37,665 bases of DNA, from the IMG/VR virus record IMGVR_UViG_3300045988_106261, positions 1 through 37,665 of that record; one strand, 5' to 3'. Origin of the DNA: a virus. This document shows, in pieces, positions 32,119-37,665 of this stretch. Within the stretch, counting starts at the first letter, position 1, and each line of letters begins with the position of its first letter. The position numbers were made by a program, and so were the translations under genes. The notes under the pieces are model-generated. The model was given only the letters and a program-made list of their open reading frames with translations. It did not search any database and had not been told where the DNA came from.

Positions 32119-33435
32119 ATGGCCGATATCATTACTTACCCCGAAGACGGCATCCGATATGATGCCGAAGACGCTTCTGGCTACCTTGCCACCCGCCTGA
32201 GCGGCGTATACAGCGCCGAGGAGGATTTCTCCGTCACAGCACAGGGCGGCCTGAGCGTACAGGTGAGCGCCGGTCAGGCATGGGTGCGCCCGGCGCGGTT
32301 CAAGGGCCGCAGCATCATCATGGAGCAGCCCACCACCGTGGTGCTCACCGAAGCGGACCCTGTGCGCAGCCGCATTGACCGCATCGTGCTGCGCTACGAC
32401 GCCGCCGCCAAAAAGACCAGCCTGCAGTTGCTGGACGGCACGCCGGACTCCGCTGCCCCTGCGGCCCCGGAAATCTCCCGCACCGAGCTGGTCTATGACC
32501 TCTGCCTTGCCGAGATCAGACGCCCCGCAGGCAGCACTTCCGTCACCGCCGCCGACATCACCGACACCCGCGCGGACGAAGCCATCTGCGGTGTCATGCG
32601 GGACGGCGTGACGGGGATCCCCACCGCCCAGCTGCAGACGCAGGTAAAGGCCATGCTGGACAGCCTGCAGGCCGAGGTGGACAGCAGGAGCTTTTATACC
32701 AAAGCAGAGGCCGATGCAGAGCACGCAAAGCTGCAGGAGCAGCTAAACAATATCGGCTCGCTAACGTCGAGACAGGTATATTGTCAGAGAGTTGCAGAAA
32801 GCATGACTATCCCGGATGATGTTGATTATGTCGTTCTTACAAACACTGACTGCACCACCATAGACAACACATGCGCTGTTGTAGCGCGCGGAGGCAGTGC
32901 GTATGCTACATCTGGTGACAGAACCGACAAGATTAAATTTGGTGCAGATGGCACGCTGACTGTGACTATCACCAGCGGGTACTATTTTGCAATGTCAAAC
33001 GTTCTCGGTTTCCGGTACGAGGTTTCTGCCGCATTCCCGTGCTTAATCGGTACAATTGTCGTTTATATCTCGGAGTGGAATGGTACTACATCGGACCCCG
33101 TGCCTGACGGCACTGATTTTATTACTTTTTCAGCAAACACTGTAGCAGACGCACGGGAGATCCCTATCAATCGGGGGCAATCCTATGCGTATAAGAATGG
33201 CCTGTCATTTAAGACCGACGGTACGATAGTAGCCAAGCAATACAGCAAAGGCGAATCTATTAAAGTCAACTGCTACAAGTACATGACTCCGAGCGAATGG
33301 AATGCGCACATGACCGAGTTGCAGTCCGCACAGGCCGACGCCGACGAGATGAACGTGGATCAGGCTTATCGCCTGACCCTTCTGGAGTTGAATGTCTCCG
33401 ATACGGATGACACCAATAACGCTGATAACACCTGA
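32119..33435 (+). CDS. Tail fibre / receptor-binding protein 1 (conserved N-half, AT-rich variable C-half)
   Basis: ATG 32119 follows TAGGAGGA. The N-terminal ~215 aa are GC-rich and are followed by a short coiled coil (AEADAEHAKLQEQLNNIG). From about nt 32750 the composition becomes clearly AT-richer and encodes a ~220-aa domain rich in beta-type residues. Confidence 0.7.
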   Translation: MADIITYPEDGIRYDAEDASGYLATRLSGVYSAEEDFSVTAQGGLSVQVSAGQAWVRPARFKGRSIIMEQPTTVVLTEADPVRSRIDRIVLRYDAAAKKTSLQLLDGTPDSAAPAAPEISRTELVYDLCLAEIRRPAGSTSVTAADITDTRADEAICGVMRDGVTGIPTAQLQTQVKAMLDSLQAEVDSRSFYTKAEADAEHAKLQEQLNNIGSLTSRQVYCQRVAESMTIPDDVDYVVLTNTDCTTIDNTCAVVARGGSAYATSGDRTDKIKFGADGTLTVTITSGYYFAMSNVLGFRYEVSAAFPCLIGTIVVYISEWNGTTSDPVPDGTDFITFSANTVADAREIPINRGQSYAYKNGLSFKTDGTIVAKQYSKGESIKVNCYKYMTPSEWNAHMTELQSAQADADEMNVDQAYRLTLLELNVSDTDDTNNADNT

Positions 33436-33452
33436 TAGGGAGGAAAAACATT

Positions 33453-33623
33453 ATGTCTAAAGCAACGGAAATGGTTCTGTATCGCACCTGCAAGCGCATG
33501 ATCGAGCGCGGCAGTACCGATGGTCTGGCGGAGAAGATCGATATCTTCTACGCCACCAACAAGCTGACCGATGAGCAGTATGCCGAGCTGACCGAGATGC
33601 TGACCGAAAAGACCAGCGCCTGA
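33453..33623 (+). CDS. XkdX-like small tail-fibre-associated protein (56 aa, below ORF-track cut-off)
   Basis: ATG 33453 follows AGGGAGGA. It translates to MSKATEMVLYRTCKRMIERGSTDGLAEKIDIFYATNKLTDEQYAELTEMLTEKTSA. The ...F....KLT.EQY.EL pattern and the location between fibre genes resemble the XkdX family. Confidence 0.55.
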   Translation: MSKATEMVLYRTCKRMIERGSTDGLAEKIDIFYATNKLTDEQYAELTEMLTEKTSA

Positions 33624-33657
33624 CCGAACCGAAACAGGACGCAGGAGGTGTTGTTTT

Positions 33658-35331
33658 ATGATTGAGTTCCCCATCACGCTGACATCCGGCGGAAGCGTAT
33701 GCCTGCCCGGGCGGGCATACGCGCTGGCCCTCGGCTACACCAAGAACCGGGGCGTGTACCGCCTTGCCGTCACCGCTTCCGGCGAGTGGGAAGGGCTGGC
33801 TATCCGCTGCTTCTGGCACGTCCCGGACGGTAAAGACCCGGCATCCTCGCTGGTGGACGGCTATGTGGACGTGCCCGCCAGCGTGACCGCACAGCCCGGA
33901 AGCGGGTGCATCACCTTTGAGGGCAGCGACGGCGCAAAGGTGATGACCAGCGCAGACCTGCGGTATCGTGTCAGCGCCAACTCCGGCACAGAGGACGGCA
34001 CCGAGCCGGAGCCGGGCACCCCTGCATGGCAGCAGCTGGTGGATGCCGTCCACGCCGATGCCACCGCCGCAGAGCAGGCCAAGACCGATGCACAGACGGC
34101 AGCGCAGCAATCTGAGGCATCTGCCAAAAAGGCCGGGAAAGCCCTCTCTGACACCATCACCGCCAAAGAGGACGCACTGAAAGCCATCGGTGACAAGCAG
34201 GCCACCGCCACGCAGGCTGTGGACACGGCCCGGGACAAGGCTCTCCAGCAGGTGGAAGCCTCTACAGAAGCCGCTCAGACCGCCGCCAATGAAGCCGCCA
34301 CCAGTGCGGGCAATGCCAGCCAGAGCGCAGCTAAGTCCAGTGCTGCTGCAAGTAATGCCAATGCATCAGCCGAAAATGCTGCGCGTGCACAAGTTACAGC
34401 ATCTCAACTCGCAGGACAGGCAGCGGACAGCGCGTCTGAAGCTCAAAACAGTGCCACTAAGGCTGCTGCGAGCCAACAGGCCGCCGAAAGCAATGCAGCA
34501 GCTGCACAAGGGAGCGCCACAAAGGCCGATGCCTCCGCTTCTACAGCTGTTCAGGGACAACAGCGCGCGGAGGCGGCAGCGACCCGTGCCGAAACCGCAC
34601 AGCAGCAGACTGAAAGTGCCAGCACTGACGCGCTGGATAAAATCAGCTCTGCAAAAACTGATGCCCTAAAAGCATTGGACACGAAGCAGACTTCTGCCAC
34701 CACTGCAGTAGAAAGCGCTAAGGGAAAAGCCCTTGACGCCGTGACTGATGCTCAGGACACCGCTACGCAGGCTGTACAGGCGGAGCAGGCGTCCGCAACC
34801 ACCGCAGTGAAAAAAGCCGGTGCGGAAGTGCTTACATCGATTCCCGAGGACTACCAGACTACCGTGCAGAAGGTCAAGGAACTGGACGCGCAAAAGGTCG
34901 AAACGGATGAAGCGATCAGCGCAGTCAAGGCACGGCAGAACATCATTGTGGGCAGTGAAATAGGCAACCCTATCTCCGTTAACGACGCTTTCACTGCGCC
35001 CATGTGCGGCCTGACCGTGTACGGTAAGAGCACGCAGTCCGGGACCCCCACGCCGGATGCACCCGTGCCTATCGTGAGCGCAGGCGACGGCGGGAGTTTG
35101 ACAGTGAAGGTGACGGGGAAAAATCTGCTAAACCCGTCGCTGTTCCAAAATAATAAATATCAGAATTTCAATGCCGAAACCGGTTATTATGAGATAGATA
35201 GTTCAAATGATTATTGGATAACGGGCATTCAACCGTGCTTACCGAGTACAACCTACCACTTTAATGTATACACAGAAGGCGGTTGTTTTTATGATGAAAA
35301 AAAAGAATGTAATCGGTATTGCCGGATTTGA
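33658..35331 (+). CDS. Tail fibre 2, N-terminal part (long Ala/Gln/Ser/Thr-rich helical shaft); reading frame ends just after an A8 run
   Basis: RBS is AGGAGGTG. About 300 aa are low-complexity helical repeats (AQTAAQQSEASAKKAG...), followed by LTVYGKSTQSGTPTPDAPVPIVSAG...GKNLLNP, typical of the start of a distal fibre domain. The ORF terminates 27 nt after A8 (35297-35304). Confidence 0.75.
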   Translation: MIEFPITLTSGGSVCLPGRAYALALGYTKNRGVYRLAVTASGEWEGLAIRCFWHVPDGKDPASSLVDGYVDVPASVTAQPGSGCITFEGSDGAKVMTSADLRYRVSANSGTEDGTEPEPGTPAWQQLVDAVHADATAAEQAKTDAQTAAQQSEASAKKAGKALSDTITAKEDALKAIGDKQATATQAVDTARDKALQQVEASTEAAQTAANEAATSAGNASQSAAKSSAAASNANASAENAARAQVTASQLAGQAADSASEAQNSATKAAASQQAAESNAAAAQGSATKADASASTAVQGQQRAEAAATRAETAQQQTESASTDALDKISSAKTDALKALDTKQTSATTAVESAKGKALDAVTDAQDTATQAVQAEQASATTAVKKAGAEVLTSIPEDYQTTVQKVKELDAQKVETDEAISAVKARQNIIVGSEIGNPISVNDAFTAPMCGLTVYGKSTQSGTPTPDAPVPIVSAGDGGSLTVKVTGKNLLNPSLFQNNKYQNFNAETGYYEIDSSNDYWITGIQPCLPSTTYHFNVYTEGGCFYDEKKECNRYCRI

Positions 35332-36115
35332 GTTTACAGTTAAAACGCCAGCGAAATGCGCGTATTACTGTGTCAATTTTTCATCAGTGAGATTGCCCTA
35401 CGGCTCGCCAGTCATTGCAACAGTGAGTGAACCTGCCACCTACTCCCCCTACCGTGAACAGCTCCTCACGCTCCCCACACCCAACGGATTACCCGGCATC
35501 CCTGTCACCTCTGGCGGCAACTACGCTGACAGCACAGGCCAGCAGTGGGTATGCGACGAGGTGGACTTGGAGAGAGGGATGAAGGTGAAGAAAATCGCGA
35601 GTTTCGTGATTAACGCTGAAAACGCAAACAATTTTTTTGTGACAAATGACTTCACCGCGATTACTGTTGCCACAAATGCGCGTTTGGCAACGCCACAAAA
35701 AACGAAACGTGACGACCGACAATATGGCAGATGTGTATTTTGTGAAGCGTTACCGTGGAAGACAGATGCGTGGGCTAGCCCCGTAAACGCAATTGGTTTT
35801 GTTGAAGATAATTCTGTTGATTTAACAATCGAAAACTCCTACTTGGGACTAAGTGAAGCAAGTACTAATGCTGAACGAAAAACTGCACTGGTGAAATACT
35901 TTACAGATAATCCTTGCCACGTTGTATACAGAATCGCTACCCCCATCGAAACCCCGCTCACCCCTGACGAAATTGCCGCCTACAAAGCCCTCACCGCGTA
36001 CGGCCCTGACACGGTGGTGCAGGCTGGTGACGGTGCAGGGGTCAAGCTGGACTACCAGCGGGACGTAAATCTCGTCGTCAAAAATCTTGAGGACGCAATC
36101 GCGTCCATGACCTAA
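35264..36115 (+). CDS. Tail fibre 2, C-terminal part (+1 frame), probably the continuation of 33658-35331
   Basis: The ORF is open in the +1 frame from 35264. There is no convincing RBS before ATG 35264, 35291 or 35294. Removing one A from the A8 run joins both ORFs into one 818-aa protein reading ...TYHFNVYTEGGCFYDEKKNVIGIAGFEFTVKTP... across the junction. Confidence 0.65.
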   Translation: MYTQKAVVFMMKKKNVIGIAGFEFTVKTPAKCAYYCVNFSSVRLPYGSPVIATVSEPATYSPYREQLLTLPTPNGLPGIPVTSGGNYADSTGQQWVCDEVDLERGMKVKKIASFVINAENANNFFVTNDFTAITVATNARLATPQKTKRDDRQYGRCVFCEALPWKTDAWASPVNAIGFVEDNSVDLTIENSYLGLSEASTNAERKTALVKYFTDNPCHVVYRIATPIETPLTPDEIAAYKALTAYGPDTVVQAGDGAGVKLDYQRDVNLVVKNLEDAIASMT

Positions 36116-36125
36116 GGAGGTACAT

Positions 36126-36776
36126 ATGGCTGAAATCATGGATGTGTCCCGGCATCAGGGCACGATCGACTGGGCAAAGGTCAAGGCGTCCGGCAGAGTG
36201 GACGGCGTCATGATCCGCGCCATGGGAAACAGCGGGGCGGGCAAAGCCAGCAAGCCGTACCTCGACCCCTATTTCGCCCGCAACTACGCCGAGTGCACCC
36301 GCGTAGGGCTGCCGGTGGGCGTATATGGCTACTTCAAGGCCACCACCAAGGCACAGGCCGACAAGGAGCTGGCCCTGTTCAAGCAGGCGCTGGGCGGCAG
36401 GACGTTCCAGCTGCCTGTGGCGGTGGACATTGAGGACGAGGTGCAGAAGCCGCTGGGCAAGGCCGCGCTGACCGACCTGACAGCTTACATGCTGAGCACA
36501 GTGGAAAGTTGGGGCGTGTACGCTCTGCTCTACACCGGCCTGTGGTTCGGCAACACCTTCCTGTACATAGGCGGTGCAAAGCTGAAACCCTACGACGTGT
36601 GGCTGGCCGCCTACCGCACGAGGAAGCCCGCGCCCGGCTGGCCGTTCGGCATGTGGCAGTACACCAGCACGGCAAGGATGCCGGGGGTGAGCACCAATGT
36701 TGATATGAGCCACGCTTACAAGGACTATGCCAGCATCATCAAGCGTTCCGGGCTGAGTAAAGTGAAGGGGGTGTGA
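36126..36776 (+). CDS. GH25 muramidase endolysin
   Basis: MDVSRHQGTIDWAKVKASG, VAVDIEDE, DVWLAAY and MWQYTSTARMPGVSTNVDMS are the GH25 (Lyz-like) signature. RBS is AAGGAGG. At 216 aa it is a catalytic domain only. Confidence 0.9.
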   Translation: MAEIMDVSRHQGTIDWAKVKASGRVDGVMIRAMGNSGAGKASKPYLDPYFARNYAECTRVGLPVGVYGYFKATTKAQADKELALFKQALGGRTFQLPVAVDIEDEVQKPLGKAALTDLTAYMLSTVESWGVYALLYTGLWFGNTFLYIGGAKLKPYDVWLAAYRTRKPAPGWPFGMWQYTSTARMPGVSTNVDMSHAYKDYASIIKRSGLSKVKGV

Positions 36777-36779
36777 CCA

Positions 36780-37097
36780 ATGGCGAGTATTCTTGCTGCC
36801 GCAGGCATTCCGACGGCGGTGCTGGGGTTTCTCGTCTGGCAGCTGAAGCGGCGCATCGAGCGTCAGGAAGCACGGCAGGAAGCCGCAGAGAAAGCCCGTG
36901 AGGAGTTCGAGACGAACCTGTACGAAAGCTCCCTCGCCGCAATCGCGCTGGGAGAAGCCACCGCCAAAGCCGTGCAGCGCATCCCGGACGCACACTGTAA
37001 CGGCGATATGCACGCCGCCCTCGACTACGCGGCCGAGGTAAAGCATAAGCAGCGCGATTTTGTCGCCAAGCGCGGCATCAGCGCAATCATCAACTGA
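36780..37097 (+). CDS. N-terminally membrane-anchored protein in the lysis module (holin accessory/antiholin candidate)
   Basis: One N-terminal TM segment (ILAAAGIPTAVLGFLVWQL) is followed by a charged helical region. It lies between the endolysin and the holin. Confidence 0.5.
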   Translation: MASILAAAGIPTAVLGFLVWQLKRRIERQEARQEAAEKAREEFETNLYESSLAAIALGEATAKAVQRIPDAHCNGDMHAALDYAAEVKHKQRDFVAKRGISAIIN

Positions 37098-37114
37098 GAG
37101 AAAGGAATCTGACC

Positions 37115-37456
37115 ATGGAAGCAGTATTGACCAATATCTTGAACGTTGTCCCCGGCTGGCTTGCCCTCGCCCTGATGCTGGGCGGCTTTGCCTTTTACGT
37201 CCTCGGTGCCATCCGGTTGGGCTACGGCGCGACCGTCCGCCCGCTGGTGCTTGACCTGATCGAGCGCGCAGAGCATGAGATCCAGGGCACCAAGCGCGGT
37301 GCTGAACGCAAGGCGTGGGTAGCCGCAAAGCTCCGCGCCGCGCTGGACGCCAGCAAGTTCGGCAGGCTCTTCAGCTGGGCGATCACCGACGAGACCATCG
37401 GCAGGGTCATCCAGTTCTGCTTTGACAGGGCGAAGGATGTTGTAGGGAAACAGTAA
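37115..37456 (+). CDS. LL-H family-like phage holin
   Basis: An N-terminal TM segment (VVPGWLALALMLGGFAFYVLGAI) is followed by GTKRGAERKAWVAAKLRAAL...ITDETIGRVIQ, the Holin_LLH-like pattern (G.eK...V ... i.d..i...I). Confidence 0.65.
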   Translation: MEAVLTNILNVVPGWLALALMLGGFAFYVLGAIRLGYGATVRPLVLDLIERAEHEIQGTKRGAERKAWVAAKLRAALDASKFGRLFSWAITDETIGRVIQFCFDRAKDVVGKQ

Positions 37457-37472
37457 ACTCAATACATAGCAG

Positions 37473-37512
37473 CAGCCCCGGGGAGCCTGACGGTTCCTCG
37501 GGGCTGTTTTTG
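37473..37512 (+). terminator. Intrinsic terminator ending the late operon
   Basis: CAGCCCCGGGGA (37473-37484) pairs with TCCTCGGGGCTG (37495-37506) with one mismatch, followed by TTTTT. Confidence 0.75.
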
Positions 37513-37538
37513 CGTTTATGAAGCTGTTTTCAGCGGTG

Positions 37539-37557
37539 TGTTACCAAAAATGTTACC
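37539..37557. promoter_or_regulatory. Tandem TGTTACC repeats, candidate integrase arm-type binding sites (right arm)
   Basis: TGTTACCAAAAATGTTACC lies about 55 bp inside attR and matches 139-156 at 18 of 19 positions. Confidence 0.5.
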
Positions 37558-37610
37558 ATGATAAGAAAAAACACGCCAGTTCTGAACGAGCCAACGTGCT
37601 TTTTCTCTTA

Positions 37611-37665
37611 TGCGGGTAGTGGGGGTCGAACAATTAAAATTGATGTGCTATCGTCAAAAACGCAC
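37611..37665. repeat. attR core (right copy of the 55-bp direct repeat)
   Basis: Identical to 1-55. It lies downstream of the lysis-module terminator. Confidence 0.9.

Larger units (their letters stand above)
1..37665. mobile_element. Complete integrated temperate siphovirus-like prophage, attL to attR
   Basis: A perfect 55-bp direct repeat sits at both window ends. The integrase lies just inside the left repeat. A full lysogeny, replication, packaging, head, tail and lysis gene set is present in canonical order. Confidence 0.93.

Noticed and set aside
1-37665. Search for CRISPR arrays, diversity-generating retroelements (TR/VR pairs plus a reverse transcriptase), retrons, and transposase or IS elements.
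   Set aside because: - No regularly spaced short repeats are present.
- No reverse-transcriptase-like ORF (YxDD motif) is present.
- No transposase-like ORF or terminal inverted repeats were seen.
- The fibre-gene repeats are low-complexity coiled-coil coding sequence rather than TR/VR pairs.

Overview
The window is one complete integrated temperate siphovirus-type prophage of about 37.6 kb. It is bounded by a perfect 55-bp direct repeat (1-55 = 37611-37665, attL/attR).

Gene order is classical:
- Minus-strand lysogeny module: tyrosine integrase, a 2-TM membrane protein, and an HTH+S24 CI/LexA-like repressor.
- Divergent switch region with TCTACT-N3-AGTAGA-type operators, followed by a Cro-like gene.
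- Plus-strand early/replication module: BRO-N antirepressor, DUF739-like HTH, small unknowns, SMC-like ATPase, AAA_24/Sak4-like ATPase, DUF669-like protein, SF2 helicase, PriCT-2 primase/AAA_25 helicase, an AT-rich iteron-like region, RusA, and a sigma-region-4-like late regulator.
- Packaging: TerS, TerL, portal, MuF/gp7.
- A tRNA-Trp(CCA).
- Head: scaffold, major capsid, connectors.
- Tail: major tail protein, chaperones, tape measure, Dit, Gp37-like protein, two fibre/RBP genes, XkdX-like protein.
- Lysis: GH25 endolysin, a TM protein, and an LL-H-type holin.

High GC and AGGAGG-type RBSs suggest a Clostridia-type Firmicutes host; this is inference only.

Most interesting observations:
1. 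A counter-oriented, AT-rich two-gene cassette with its own promoters lies between cro and the antirepressor. It pairs an Abi_alpha/DUF4393-like protein with an Ntn/proteasome-like protein and is a candidate novel defence system.
2. The MuF head protein carries a JAB/MPN-like C-terminal cargo domain and is followed by a translationally coupled small ORF.
3. A consensus promoter is followed by stacked terminators directly upstream of terS, a lambda pR'/6S-like late leader.
4. An A8 homopolymer splits the distal tail-fibre gene.
5. A membrane protein sits in the classical superinfection-exclusion position.
6. The replication/recombination proteins share C-terminal tail peptides.

All family assignments come from motif recognition by eye and need HMM or structure confirmation.
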